Origin: Euprymna scolopes
Lineage: Eukaryota
NCBI GenBank assembly: GCA_053919585.1
Contig: CM132804.1
DNA length: 64,000 nt
Direction: 5' to 3' (one strand)
Position numbers and translations under genes: made by a program. Below, piece by piece: positions 39,451 through 54,826 of the stretch. The notes under the pieces are model-generated. The model saw only the letters and a list, made by a program, of their open reading frames with translations. It made no database searches and was not told the origin of the DNA. Numbering within the stretch: position 1 is the stretch's first letter; each line of letters starts with the position of its first letter.

Positions 39451-40385
39451 CAGTTTTATGAAAATTGCTTTAGACAAGGAATCGAGCCATTTGATATAAG
39501 GAACTAAACAAAAAATACTTTCTAAAGGTCAAAATTAGAAATAAGTTAGATTGGTGAATTCTGACCTAGAAAACCGCAATTTTTATTTTTTTGTCAGAAA
39601 CCTCACTTATTGAAAGTGAACAGCAAACAACTTAGTGTTTTAAATCTGAAACGGTGAATGTACTGTATTTTATGTGAAGAAAAATATTAAAAAAAAATAA
39701 AATAAGGTATGAATAATCAAAGGAAAGTCGTGCTGACAATGAATAACTGTATATTTGACATCTAATATATTTTATTTCTCTGATAGTCATAATGCTTAGA
39801 AGAATGAAAGTGAAATTGAAAGCATTTATGTTGAAATTTAGTGTATGTAGGTGATAGTAAGAATTGATTTAAGCGAAAGTATCTCTTAGGAAATTTACCA
39901 GTAACTTTGAAGGATGTAAGAGTAGATAACTAACATAAATCAAAAAAATGTCTGCCGTCTGTGAATACTTAAAAGTAGCTAATCCAGAAAAACTAAAATT
40001 TTGATAGATGGAATGTATGCACGTCATTTGGAAACATGCATCAGGAAAAGCTTCATATAATCGGAACAGATTATGTGAAGCTTTTGATTCAAAATCTATA
40101 ATAGCCAAAGCAACAGGGGGGGGGGGGGTCTACTTTCTTTTATCAATTAAATGTTGGAAATTTTTTTTAACAAAGTCATCACCACTTATCAAAGCCAAGA
40201 GGCCGCTCAACGATAAGGGTTAAAGAGTGTACAGTAGACAATTGGACAATAAAGTAATCATTAGTAATAGAAATTCTGTAAATTTGTTAACTTATATGGA
40301 ACGGCTCATCACTTGTTTACGTTAGACTTGAAGACAACCATATTGTAGTCAGCTGGAAAGCAGGAAAAGACTTAACTAATTCTAG

Positions 40386-40574
<189 letters not shown>

Positions 40575-41994
40575 TAGCTTTCAACTGTTTGTCGTCCATA
40601 ATAATCCAAGTGCCCTTTTTTAATCTAAATATAAAAATTGTAGTCATGAAATCTGTACTTACTTTTTTCTTCAAGACAAAGCACAGATAAGTTTTTGACT
40701 TATACTGTTGTTGCTGTTAACATCTTACTTCAATCAATTGAATGAATTCTAGTAAAAAATTTGGCCCTAACAAGTTTCCTTATTTGGTCCTAAAATGTTA
40801 CTGCTTTACTATTATGAACTGTGTTCGCTGCAAAGATCATGATTGTCCATTTGTTTTCAAATGAATTTCGTACTTGATTTAAACACTGGCCATAGTATCA
40901 ATCATGTGGTCTTTGTCACTGTTGTGACAAAGGATTCTTATTCCAAACAAATCAACAACTCTAGAATGAAACGATGCTTTGTTTTGAGAGGTTTAAAATA
41001 ACACTTGGTTTCTCTGCCAAATAACAGACTAGTAATTAAAACCAGCATTTCTTTCAATCAAACAACTTCAGCTTAGGGCACAGAGGCTCATTTGTTTCTA
41101 AAACTGACAGAAACCAAAATTTTTCTCATGCTGCTAGAACATTCAAGATTTATTAGCTGTTAATCTCTAAACATAATTGGCTAGAGTGGCTATCTCTTTT
41201 GTTGAGTGTCAAGTGGTTTACGATCTCTGCATCTTCTGCTTTTAAGAGGCAGCTACTTTTCTCAGTGGAGAAACCAAATTCTGGGTGGTCAAATGCCAAG
41301 CCACATGTTTTGCCAACACATCTTTCATAGTTTTACTGTCTGCAATCGGGTTTCATTCTTCATTAAATATGGTGAAAAGATGTTGACCTGAAATAACTCA
41401 TGATTCAACAGGTATTTTGCTAAATTTCTGCAATCTTCATACATTGTAAATGGTTTTATTGAAATTGCTTTTATTTAGCAGTTTGCACCGTAAGTGGAGA
41501 GTTATGCAACAAGATGTTTGTTTACATTACATGTGTACAATTGAGCAGAAAAAGAATTTCAAAGATAAGCAGTCTAAGGAAAGAAGCTATTATAGTAGAA
41601 AGCTTTCTGTAATTTGGAATTTTACAGTGAAGGAGTGGAATTTTGCTGATTTTGGGGTTTATATTGAGGGGAACACAATGAGGGTTTTGACACAATAGTT
41701 ATCATTTAATTTAAATATGGAGATGGGTTCATAATAAAGATCTTCATTGCCCTAAATAAATCATTTTAAAATGTTTATAAAAAATGTTGATCTCCATGTT
41801 TTAAAATGTTCAGTAATTTTAGTATACTTGTTTTTCATTGTAATTTATTTAAAAAAAATATAGTAAATATAAATTAGAAAGTAATCACGATTAACACAAC
41901 TGATTTAACAATTAGCTGAATGATAATTTGCAGTGAATTTCACTACAGAAACTCGCGCTTTGTAAATCTGCAGTTAAACTAGTTTTATATTTTA

Positions 41995-42320
41995 CTAGCA
42001 GGCTACCCTGGTGTTACCCAGGAGACGAATGTGACAGTTTTCTATTAAAACTTCCATCCCTTTACTTTGTCTTCCTCCTTTACACTGTTTTCCCTCTTCT
42101 ATGCCCAGCCCATTCCTCTCTCCAGACATGCTTATGACTTTTTATAGATTTATCGAGGCATAATGAAAGTTATTCTTAGATTTTTTAATAGCTACTTCCC
42201 TCTAGTTTTATATAAATGAAAATCAGACCCTAACAAAATCTGCATCCTTTTATAGTCAAAGGATTGGAGTCTGTTTTGTAGTTTTAGCTGGATATGGACA
42301 ACTGCCCTTTATATAATAGA
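41995..42320 (-). mobile_element. Non-autonomous Helitron C
   Basis: Minus strand starts TCTATTATATAAAG and ends CCTGG-gtaaca-CCAGG-gtagcctg-CTAG; A|T target. Confidence 0.75.
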
Positions 42321-42384
42321 TATTTCAAATAGAACTATCAGGTTTCATACAATGTTTTTATGTTCAATGTATTTTTCTTTTTAG

Positions 42385-42426
42385 TCGTATCAAGATTTGG
42401 TTGGCCGTCTTGAACCAGTTATCATG
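42385..42426 (+). CDS. PFKFB: PFKFB exon j (42 nt): SYQDLVGRLEPVIM
   Basis: tttttag / GTAAGT; SYQDLV.RLEPVIM. Confidence 0.95.
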
Positions 42427-42699
42427 GTAAGTCAGTATCTCTTGTTGCTTCAACCAACTTTAATTTGTGACAGATTTGATCTTTATAACCCAACTAATTA
42501 GCTTCTATTGACAAAGTAAATGCTACTTTCCAAGATAAAACCTTTAATTCCAAAGAATCTAAGTGTTCAAAAATGTTTAATGAGAACTTTTACACCGAAA
42601 GGCAAGTACAGGTTAGCAGTGATCTTATTAAATGATTAAATTGACCTTATTTTTATCTAAGGGGTGATTCTGTTTAGTTCTAGGTTTACCCTCTTAGGC

Positions 42700-43790
42700 T
42701 TTACCTCCTCTTTGATAAGAGGAGTATTTATTACTAATTGCCTGAGGTGCCCCTATTGGGAAATGCAAATGGGGCTACTCAAGCATTATTTGAAGGTCAT
42801 AGTACACAATTTATAAAAATCAAATTCAATAAATTTTCTTTTGACATTATAAAACTTATCTAAGTCTTTATGAATAACTTCTAACTCTTTATTACGCAGC
42901 AATTGAAATTTTGTAACCTTTTTGTGCACCTGCTCAAATGTGTTAATAATACTGTATGCATGGGCGAATAGTTTTGTAGAGATATAGGATACTGGCAAGT
43001 GTGGAAAGTTTTCTAACACACTAGAGGGAGCCTACTTTCTTTACAGCAACTGTGGCAGTATTTTCTATATATTTGTTCCTATTCATGTGCCCTGTGAATT
43101 TTAGGTTGAGATGTTTGACTCTCCGATAGGGTGCTGTTAGCTATGGCAATTACTGGCTCTAACAGATTGTTATAATTGTTAAAGGAAAGAAGCTTTGTCT
43201 TAGTGGCATTAATTGTTACCAACCATTTATGACCACGTTCAAATAGATTGGATGTCCTTTTCTAAAGATTCAGCTATTGCTTTGTATATGTACGTGTTCA
43301 TTTTAGCCACTTGCCAAGTATAGAGCATTGTGTCATGAGCAAATATATCCATCTCAACAACTTCATCAGAGAGGTTATTTATGAAAGTTGGAAACGATGT
43401 CCTAAGGATTGATCCCCGGGGTATATTGTCAAGTTGTTCAGATGCATAATCATTGACGACAATGTAAATCTTTCATTTGGCTAGTTATATTGAATATTCG
43501 TCCAGTAATAACATGAAATGATTTTTATAAGACCCTCATGCGATATCTTGTCAAAGGCTTTAGATATGTTGTGCTAACGCTATAGCTTCACCTGCCTTGT
43601 CCAGTGTATGGTATATGCATCTAGAAATGACAAGATATATCCCAAACATGAGAAGAGTTATCGGGTTGTTAAGTATAGTTCGGTTAGCAATGGAAATTAT
43701 AAAGTGATTTGCAGAATCTAAGATAGCTAAAGACAAACCACTAGGCAAGTAATTTCAGCACCTTTATCGTTGAATAGCAGAGGAATTGTT
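42700..43790 (-). mobile_element. CR1/L2-group LINE RT remnant
   Basis: Degenerate SKAFDK, IPRGSIL (PQGS) and IFAHDT (YADD) in the correct order; ends approximate. Confidence 0.65.
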
Positions 43791-44216
43791 GATTTACCAT
43801 TATTCACTACACTATTATAGATTTTCTTGAAATCAAGAGTTCCTACTTCGTTTTATACTGAAATGAAAATGAGGATTTATTTCCTATTAAGTCATTTAAT
43901 AAATGTCTAATATTTTTGTTGAATCTTTCCTTTTAGTAATCGTACAGATATTGGTAAAATTTAATTTTATAAAAATCTTACTTTTTTCGGTGTTTTCATG
44001 GATCTGGCTATTTGGTAATAATGACACTATGTCTAAAATTTCAGGCTTAAGCTTAAGGGAATTCAGGAATCATGTCTAATGAATATGCAAATCTAAAATA
44101 TAAATTTTCAAATGGGGAAATTGTGCCCATATTATACCTCTAAAAAAAACTGTTAGAATACTCCAAAGAAACTGAAATTTGGGAAATATTTATAAACTGA
44201 TGTTTAATTCCTATTA

Positions 44217-44518
44217 TGTACGGCATAATCACGTTGACACACCAGTTCCCGCTGAATCACCAAAATTAAGCAATTTTGAACCTGGTTAGTACTAAATGAG
44301 TGACCATTTGGGACTTCCAGGTGCTGTATGTGCTCTTCGCTTATCTTTGCATTGTTTCTAGTTGTCCTGGACTTCTCCTTGCCACTGGACTCAAACAGTG
44401 CTGATTCAGGAGAGGTGGTGTGGATGGCGATTGCGCAACTCTTGCCTCACAATTACATGCGCAGCTCCCCCTACAGGAGGTATCTTTTAAGACTGAATGG
44501 AGGCATCAAGAAATATTG
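44217..44518 (+). mobile_element. 5S rRNA-derived SINE (SINE3 type)
   Basis: 44217-44331 aligns with 5S rRNA (tacggcataatcacgttga..ttaagcaa..cctggttagtact..gtgacc..tggga..ccaggtgctgta); ~190-nt body; 11-bp TSD AATTCCTATTA (44206-44216, 44519-44529). Confidence 0.85.
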
Positions 44519-44750
44519 AATTCCTATTAAAATTTTATAAATCTGAGGTATCTGAATTTTGACAAAAGGCATCCATTTCATGACTGTGCCATTTTTATAG
44601 AAAACTAAATATAGCCCACATTACTCATTCTTACACCTAGCAGCTATGTTAAAAAATTTATAAGGATTTGTTAGGAGTAAATTCTGTACACATACCTAAC
44701 TTAATATAGACACACGCACATATGCCTAATATCTTTTAGGTTTATAATAG

Positions 44751-44972
<222 letters not shown>

Positions 44973-47900
44973 TAACTTTCTAAAAAAAAAAAAAAAAAGA
45001 AATAACTGTTATGAATTATAATACTTCAGTTTTTCTTTACATGCATCCTATATCTTTGATTATCAGGTTATAACTGACAAAAATGTAATCGATATTTTTA
45101 CTCTTGTTTTGTCTTGCAATGTTTGATTGATTTGCAAAGATTTACAAATGTTTTTAAGTAAATATTTAAAGTATATTTAAAAATACATGTTTTTGTAAAT
45201 TAACAGATAAAAAAAAACAAAAAAAAACTAACAATTACAATTTGTTTTTGGTAAAATATATCCAAGCAAATAAGTTTGAATTTTTTAGACAATGATTGAT
45301 TTGTATTATTTGGACTATTAGCCTTGTATGTTATTCTCACATTTCAACTTATATAACCTCCAAACTTTCTTCAGATGCACCTTTTCGAGCTTGGAAATCT
45401 ATGTAGAATGGATTAGAGATCATTAAAAAATGTATAGTCATAGATGTTCACACAAGACATGTAAAACAAGATTAGGCTTAAAGTTTCCTAAATTCATACT
45501 AGAATTATCTACATAGACACTTAGCATAATGGATATAGGTGTTGAGTAACCATCGGTTCTAAGTGACATTCTGGAGGTTGGAGATTCAATCCTAACTCAC
45601 AATAAAATAAAAATCACTTCACACTTCTACCCAATTATGGTTGAAAGAACAATAAAACAGTTCACAATTCTGTATGAATTTCTACATTCAAAAAGATGTA
45701 CCAGAAAAAGTTTGGAGTTACATGAGCAGAGACATGAAATAAAAACAAAAAACAACCAATATTAGAATAGTAATCTGAATAATCTAATCAAAATAGTAAT
45801 TCAAATAACTTTATCAAATAAAAAAAGCTATCAACTTCATTGTTTCTTAAATACCAATTATTGCACAAAGTCTAATTATACTTTTGCTGTTAATTCCAAA
45901 ATATCAAATCTTATTTTTAAATGAAATGTTTGGAAATTTTTTTTTTTTTTAAGCTTAAAATTTCTTTCATTTAAATTTTAAAATCCCAACTTTTCATTTC
46001 CCATTTTTCTATTGATATCTTATTTCCTTGATTTCTTAACAGTATAGCCAACAAATGATACTTTTTAAAGATTATTATTAAACATTTCTCTGCTAGCTGC
46101 AGATTATACACACCAACATTGCTCGGTGTCCTACAAGCCCAACAGATGTTCGCTTAGTTTATGTTCATGTTTGTCCATTCATAATGTCTATCTACTTTTT
46201 GTTTACCTTTCAATCAACTTTGTATTATGTCTTTAACACACATTTTGCATAGTCCTACATTGTTTGGTCACATTAAGCATACCAGTCTCAAGATTTTACA
46301 TTTTGCTGAAAGGATATTGATGGAATGCCAGTGAGATTTTGCAACTCTGGGATACTGATGTGATCAGATAGTTTATGGTTAGTAATGAAGTACATTATGT
46401 GGATTTGGAGTTTATACTTTGACCTAATTTTGAAGATAGGAGCAAACTATTTGCTTTTACTTGGTAGTTATGAAAATGTACACTTTCTGATTACTTTGAC
46501 TTCATTTTAAAAAATGAAACCCGACCCTTACCCTCTCCAACACTTCTCTTTTTTGTTTGAAAATCTTTGTATTTTACTCATTTCTGATGCTTTTGATTTA
46601 AAGTGAGACATTGATACTATCATGTTTTTATTTTATTTCAATACAAATCAGTTTGTACATTTCTTTTTGTCTTGTGTTAAAACATCAAAATCTTAACATT
46701 TTACACATCAAAGAAATTGAGATTGACTTTTAGCAATTTTCATATCTTAAATATTAATATATGGAGATTAGCAAAAGAATAACCTGTCATCATTGCATCT
46801 TTTAATCTAGCTTTTATGATTCTCAAAATGTATAATTATCAATTTTAAGATAAAAAAAATTGGTTATTTCCACTTTTTGGGTTGTAAATGAAATAACATT
46901 TATTTTTTTTTTTTTTGCCTTTCCATTTTTTTAAATAGTGTGGCACTTTCTCCTCTCTTAAAGAAAATGCCATCCATAATGGTATCATTATTAAAATCCA
47001 CAATCCTTTCTGCAATCAACCATATTTTATATAAATTTTAATTTATGATTGACTTGTCCATCAGATTCTAATTATGAATAGCCAACAATCTTTGTTTGAT
47101 CATCTGAGTAGGAGGTATGATCCTGAATGGGTTTCATACTCACCAGATCTTAACCTGCTCATATTTTAATGTGGGAGTGTCGTCTAAAAAAATATCAAAG
47201 CAATTCAGACTATTCCTGCACTGAAAGTCATCACAGGCCAAATTAGGACAGTGCTAAGTGTCAGGATTCTTGACAATTTTGCATATCATATCCAGGTGTA
47301 CTTATTGAATGGTAATAGAGACTGCTGGAACCTTCAGGACTGAAAGTTGGTCTATAAGTCTGGCCTAGATTGAAGTTTATTTTGATTTTTTTTTTTTTTT
47401 TCTACTAATGAGTCACTGCTCATCAAGGCCAAAAGACAACTTAAAGACAAAGATTAAAGTTTTCTGTTGAGTAAATGGTAATAGACACATTTTGGATTGT
47501 AGATCATGGTTGGCAATCTCGGCTTAATTTGATTACTTAAGGGGACAGTTCAACAAGAATTTGTTAATGTTGCATTTGAAAATGACCACGCTGTAGTCAA
47601 TTGGAAAACAGCCCTGTGATATTGTTATCCAGTTGGATTACAGAAAGGATTAAATTTACTGATTCCATGGGTGGCATTTTTGGGAGATTGTTACCTATAC
47701 TATTCTTCTTTCTCCTCTTTTGCTATGCATTTAAAAATCAACTAAATTGGGATGAAAATGGTCAAAAGGGTTATATTTTTGTAAAAGTTAATCTGACATA
47801 TCGATTGCCTCATATAAACATTAAACACATATTTAAAGACATAATTATAACCTAGAAAATAAAAATCTTTGAAGAGAATGTTAGGCATGTTCCATTTTTA

Positions 47901-50900
47901 CTTATTACACTGAACAAATAAAACAGTAAATTGTCAAAATATTTACTCCCCACCCCCTTAACATAGCAAATTTAACTGAAGAAAAGCACAAATGTATTGA
48001 GAGATATATACACATGCACTGCAGAAGTGAAATAGCAAACAATTGTATACATAGAATAAACTTTACTTTAGGAGAATATAAAAAAAAATGTTTTTTTAAT
48101 TATTTAAAAACGAATGTACTTAAAGCACTGGCATGTTAAGATAAGCTCAACTATTAATTTAGCACACCTATACAAAACAATAAGTAGAAGTCAGATGTAT
48201 TTGTACAGTAACTACATTTAAGCTTTTTATTAGCATTTGAGCCATCTCAGATATAAGTGATGACCCATAACTCATTGGGTCAACATTGGTACTGTGCATG
48301 TTATGGTATATATTTGTTTCCTTAACTGATTCTGGTATTTATTTTAAAAGTAAATCCAGGGACTTAGAATATTCTGCTTTCAGTTTAAGAAAAATTGGAA
48401 AGAATTCACGAATGGGCTTCGGATGTTGGTTACAACAAAAATGATCACATTGTCTGATCATTTAAAAATAATGTTGCTGAATAAAATTATATTTACGTTG
48501 TCCAATCAAAACCATTGTTTGTGATATCTGATCATTTAAGGGTTAATCTATTTAAATTATTCACTGCTGCTACTACTATTACTATATTCCTGCTGTCTTT
48601 CTCCAACCACCGGTTTCATTTGATCTTCCTCCCACGAAATACATTCACTGTGTTTATAGTTGAGCAAGATCAGATTTTTAGTATTATATTATAGTTTATT
48701 GATGATTCTAAATTTATCCTAAGCATTATCATGTATAAATGTATGGATAATTTTGCATCGTAACTAATGTCAAGATAAATTTTTTAAACCTATTTAATAC
48801 AAACTCTGAAAAAAATTTTGACGTTTGATATCCACCTTCATCCCAGTTGAACTTTTAATTCTTCAAAAATATAGTCATTTTCATTCAAAATTTTGAAATT
48901 CCTGTTTAGATTGAGTTCGTTTGACCTTTGTCCATTTTAATTTTATGGTTTGTAAATGGAAGTAAAGGAGGAGTTAACCCTTTCTTTTCCTCAACATTAT
49001 ACCTAAGTATAAAAAATTTTTGTTTTGAAATTATCAGATTTAAAACCCTAACTAGCTACACCTAATTTTTTTTTTTTTTTTTTTTGCAATGATTTTTATA
49101 ATCTAATAAAGATAACTAGAATTAGTAAAATATCTTTTTGCACTTCATCTTATGTAAACTTGTACTGAGCAAAATGATTGAATAAAATGCAAAATAAATA
49201 ACAGGACAGATATTAAAACAAATTTTAAAAAATATTTTCATTAAATATGTAAAATTTTTATAAACGTTTTTATTTTTATTTAAATGATATGTTAAATTCA
49301 TTATAATTGTAGTTTAAGAATAGTCTCAGTTTTTTATTTCGTTTCATGTGTATGCAAATGTTTCAAGTAGGTACAGGCAAAAATGGGTTTTGAAAACCGA
49401 TTTCTCATATTTTTTTTATTGATTTCCAACTACTTTTTGATTGTATTTGAAAAATTAGAAACTAAAGTTAATTTTCTAAAGGAAAAATATTTGTGCACAT
49501 GAAAAAAAACTTATGAAAAATGTTTTCACAGCAAGCTAACCAATTCAGCTAAATTTTGAATTTAAATAAATTCATTGTAAAAATCCTTTAAAAGATAAAT
49601 ATTAGTTTTCTGGGCCTATTTCAAAGATAATTAGTAAAGTCCTAAGATATTGAATTAAATTAAAAATTAAAAAAAAAAAATAAAAAATAAAAAAAGTTTG
49701 TGCAAAAATAACTTAATTAGCCCTCAAAAAGCAAGTAATTTACCGTTCATCAAAAACGCAACAAACTAAAATTTTGTGAACATGATTATAAGGAGGCCCA
49801 AAATGTCAGCCAATTGAAACTCTGTTTCAAAATGAAGTCATGATAGTAAAAGGAGGTAGGGGTGTCAGATTTCTTTTCTTCCCCCCCCCAAGACGTGCAT
49901 CCATACATTCCTATTCTGAATGTTTTTATCAATTTCTATCATTTTTTAATTTAATTATTTTTTATGTTCCTGTTTTTAAATTATTTTTTTTTTTTTAATT
50001 ATTGTTCGAGATTATATAAAAATTATGTTACACCGAAAGTTTCACATTCTTGCGAGCAAGGAAATTATTAAAATCTTGCATCTAAAAATTATGCAAAATC
50101 TGTAATTTAAAAAAAAAAGTAGAAATATTTTTGCTATTATAATTTTTTCTGTGTGAAAATATTAAATAATGCTTAATTCGATAGTAATATCGGTAGTTTG
50201 AGAAATTAATTTTTCTTAGTTATATTGAATTCATTAATATGGCTTTAGGGGCTTTTTTCGTAATGTTCCTGTAAAAACAATTCTTTTTTATTGTTACAAA
50301 TTACGATGCTTTATTTATATAAAAAAAGTAAAAATAAAGTCTTGTAGTTTTTATTTACTACTGAAAACTATAACTTTAATAAAGGTATTTTTTTTGTTTA
50401 AACAAAATAATACATTTCCACTTAGATTTGAATAAAAATAATTTGTTCATTATATTCCGCGATCATTATTTAATAAATACTGAAAATTTCATTAAAATTG
50501 GTTAATTGACTGTTTTGTTGTTTTTTTTTTTATTATTTTTTTTTTATTTTTTAAGAATTGGCAGAATCATGTTTTGATATTTCGTTTCTTTTACAAAACT
50601 TTATTGTTTTTATTATAAAAATAATTCAAATTTTCCCATTTTATTGAACCAAATATTGTCATTTCATGTTAACATTGCATTTCAGTTATTCTTCAGCTTT
50701 TGTCAGTTTCATGGTTTGCTAGCAGGATTCCATGGTATTGTCAAAGAATAAATAATGAACTGTGTATATTGTACTCTGGCTTGATAGTTTTTTTTGTTTT
50801 TTTTTTAATACCTGGGGTGGGTTAAAAGATGTATTCAGCAGGGAATATAAGTACAGTGGTATTTATTGAAATCATTGTTTATACTGTTTAACATTCTTTC

Positions 50901-52945
50901 ACCTGGATGAAAAAAAAAACATTTTGAATTTTTTTTTTCTTGAGGGGTGGTCAATTCTTTAAGTGTAGTATGATCATCCGATTTTGGAACCACATCCACT
51001 TTTTAGAGATCAAACCTTACGAGGAACAGTTAAATTTTTTTTTCACTTTTCCAATATCTTTTTATAGTTTGTTGATTTATGCATTTAAAACTGTCTGAAC
51101 CAGTTACCTCTTGTGGAGAATAATGGGTCCTGCGTCACAATTATCTCTTTGGAAGAAAGGCCCAGGCGAAGTGTGGTACTGTGGACTCTTTTTCCCCGCT
51201 TGAGTGAGAAGTGGAGAGGTGTGGACTAAAATCTATTGAACCTTTCTAGACTGGTGGCACCTGACAGATTGTTTGGTTTCTGGATAGTCAGTTGGAAGTA
51301 AGGGGATGAGCAGAAATGGTCATTTTTGTTAATTGGCTAAGTGTGACAAACACCAGATATTTAGGGTTTCTGGTTGAAACTGGATATATTTAGCAGTCAG
51401 AAGTTTGCTTAAGGAGATTGCCGAAGTAGTCCTAAGTTAAGCTACTTTGCATGAAAGGAGATAATCACTGGCAGCCGACACAATGAGACAACTAGCAACG
51501 GACGTTTTCCATGTTGATAGTATCGCGTACACACACACACCATAAGTTATTCCAACAACTTGTTGTTTTTTTGGGGGGGGGGGAACCATAGTGCAATCAC
51601 AAAGGTGATTATTTAGCTACATAGTTCTTGCTTTAAATGTGAGATTTTGTGTGGTATTCTCATGCTACTATTTAAGAATGAAAAGGAGACCTCACTATCA
51701 TTAGCTGTTCTGACTTCCTATGAATAGAACATTTACTGAAAAGGACTCTCATCTCTGAAATTAAGTCTTGCTTTGTGCTATGCATATCTTTTTAAATGAC
51801 ATGCAATTTTTGTTATTATTGCAATGGAAATGAGTGGATGTTTTTACAGGTCTCTTTACTGTTTTCTAACGCTTGTCCTAGACATGCTGTTAATTTTTTT
51901 TTTTTTTTATCCTACAGTTTCTCAGTCATATTTTGCTTTCTGACATGCGTATCATTTCTGAAATCAATAGTGACACCTGCCTATATTACCAACAATACAC
52001 AGCAAATATCGATGGCCAATGTGCATAGAGAATAAATTTGCTTTCACCACACGTGTCACTAAACTTGATGAAATAGAGCATCAAATATTCATTCTTCAGT
52101 ATTAGCCAAATTTCCTACTCTACGAAATCATTGATTGCCATCTCTGAATTATGAGGCAAAGCTGAATCTAGGATTTCAAAACTTATTTCAATGTTTGAGT
52201 CACAAGAACTTAGGGTTAATGAAAGACATTTTCATTTTCAAGTAAATCCTAGTATAGCAAAAAAATTATTTTTGTTCATTTGTATGATATCCGTCTGCTC
52301 TTATTTAGAAATGTTAATATCATAACTCTTGTAGCCTATATTAAGGAATGGAAGAAAAGTCTTGCATAAATTTTTTTGATAAAAAAGGCACTCCAAAAAT
52401 AATCCCTTTTGATAACTTAAGAAAAAGAATTATATTTACTATTACACGATTTTAAAAAAAATATTAAAGTCGAAATGGCAATTTTTTTTTTTTTTTTGAC
52501 TGCCCCTTCTTCCTAAATATGTGTGTCAAAGCTTGATCTTTCTAATAAAAAAAATATTTCCATATGAAATGTTATAAGATTTATGTATTTATTTTCAGTA
52601 TTTATTTCAATAGTGCTCAAATAGATGAGTAGTAAGAAAATATATGAATCTTCCACATTTCATCCCTGTAGGTAATCATTTCTTAATAACACTAATTTGT
52701 ATTTTACCAGTGTAATAAATACTAACCTGATGATTCTCGATAAGGATGAAATGCAGATTTTGTGTAGTTTAATTGCCATATATTTTCATAACTTATATAT
52801 TGTGTGTTATCCATTTCTCTAATGTTTATTATTCCAAAAGTGGATGATCATCCAATATTGAATAACAGAAAAGTGAACAGACCTATCAAAAACCGATAAT
52901 TTTTTAAAATAAAATTAATTTTTAGTCTCTGAATTTAAATGTAAT

Positions 52946-53412
52946 ACCTCTCTCCCACAGAAGAGACGTTGCGAGCCTGTCTCTGTTTTATCGTTATTTC
53001 CATGGCAAGTGCTCGTCTGAGCTCCATTCTATGGTCCCCCTCTCGCCAATCTTTCACGAAAAACACCCGACTAGCTGAAACCACTGTCAATAATTTTCCC
53101 CACTCTTTATCCGTGCTCAAATCAAAACGTAGATTCCATGAACAAAGCTTCTTTCTTAGAACTGCACGCCTGTGGAACTCTCTGCCGCTTGCCCGTTTCC
53201 CTCCTGACTTCAACTTGGATGTCTTCAAGTCCAACACAAACAAATTCCTGATAAACCGCCCCCTTAAGTAATGACACTTTATCAAATCTCAAATACTAAC
53301 TATTACTACGATACTATCCAATTGATTACTGTACACAATAACCCTTATCCCCGAGTGGTTTCTGGGCCTTGATAAGTGATGACCTCCATGTAAAAAAAGC
53401 AACAAAAAAAAA
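52946..53412 (+). mobile_element. 5'-truncated CR1/L2-group LINE 3' end
   Basis: SHRRDVASLSLFYRYFHGKCSSEL...SFFLRTARLWNSLP...FKSNTNKFL, short UTR, A-rich tail. Confidence 0.8.
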
Positions 53413-54496
53413 ATCTTGGATTCTAATGAATAAAATTTTACTTCAGTAAAAATGATCAAACGTTTGTAAATTGCCAAAAATTATTTTGGTAAACTTTCTG
53501 AGCAAGAATAAAATTGTAAAAATAAAAAGTAACAAAAAATGGATGGATGCTAAAATTCTCAGAATAATCCATCACTCAAAGAAATAATTTTCTTATATTA
53601 GCACATGAAAATGCTTTAATAACATAAGAAAAATAAACTTTTAATATAATAAATATTTTTTGATTACTGTTAATGTTATGAGAAATTAAAATGAAAATAC
53701 TTCAGTTTTATGTAACTTTAACCTGTTGCCCAAATTTTGGAAAAGGTGACCATATTGTACTTCCTTTGCTATTTTTAAAATAATGCTTGTAAAAAAAAAA
53801 ATCACCAATGAATTTACATACACAAGATATCACTTTGCTATCAAAATCTATATTGTAAATTGGACATTAATAGTGTGATTTAAATACCTATTAATATATA
53901 CATCCCTTAGTGTTCTATATACTCACAGAAGCATTTTTAGTTGTATCGACTACAAAGTGTCCGTTTTAATCATGGTAGTAGGATAGAGAAGTGCCACCTT
54001 CCTCCTCCATTAAATGCATGAAAATTTTTTATTTTAATTTGGAGATTTTTTCTTTCCTAAAAATAATAATCTTATAAAAAAACTTTAATGCTGAAAACAA
54101 TGCAGTCTCTATTCCAAAGCACTATTGAAATATTTGATTTGGGTTGAAATGTAATTTTGTTTTACTAAGTATTTTTCAGATTAAAGTGAAAAATACTTAG
54201 AATTTTCTGTAATCAACAAATGTATGTTTTGTTTGGTCATTAAATTGAATCTTATTGTTTAAAATTAGAACCCAATTTGAACAAGTATGTTTTTGTTTAC
54301 AACACTGCTCGGGTGATAAAAACACCATAATTGAAGTTTCAACTTTTTAATTTTATACTTAATGTGTGTGTATATATTTATGTATTTTGATAAGTCAGTA
54401 AACACTTGACTTTTATTTATTTTATTTTTTTCAATTTTTTTTTATTTTTTATTTTTTTAAACTATGCAAATTAGTTTGTGTACTTAGTTTAATTTT

Positions 54497-54498
<2 letters not shown>

Positions 54499-54562
<64 letters not shown>
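54499..54562. repeat. (TA)n(TG)n microsatellite
   Basis: Direct reading. Confidence 0.95.
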
Positions 54563-54826
54563 AACTTAGCAATTTTGACTCTGAAAGATTTATGGTTAGA
54601 TATCAAGGGGAAAAAATCTATAAATAACTTATTTGACCTACTTTAAAGTAACCAGACAATTATAAATATATTGGATGAGAAAGAGGAAACCGTTTTTTTC
54701 TCTCTTCTGAAAATGATAATGTCTTTTACATGGGAGCTTTGTTGAATTTCAATATTTATTTTTTTAAAGGAGCCTCTTTAATAAAAAAAAAAAAAAAATT
54801 CAGTCCTTTTTGTATACATGGTGTGG

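Noticed and set aside
44217-44331. Functional 5S rRNA gene
   Set aside because: Many substitutions and deletions, no oligo-T terminator, followed by a body and flanked by a TSD
45520-45612. tRNA-SINE remnant (tagcataatgg ... gattcaatcc, A-rich tail)
   Set aside because: Too degenerate; no TSD or second copy to support it
46093-46130. Further minus-strand Helitron 3' end
   Set aside because: Weak hairpin and no matching 5' TC end identified
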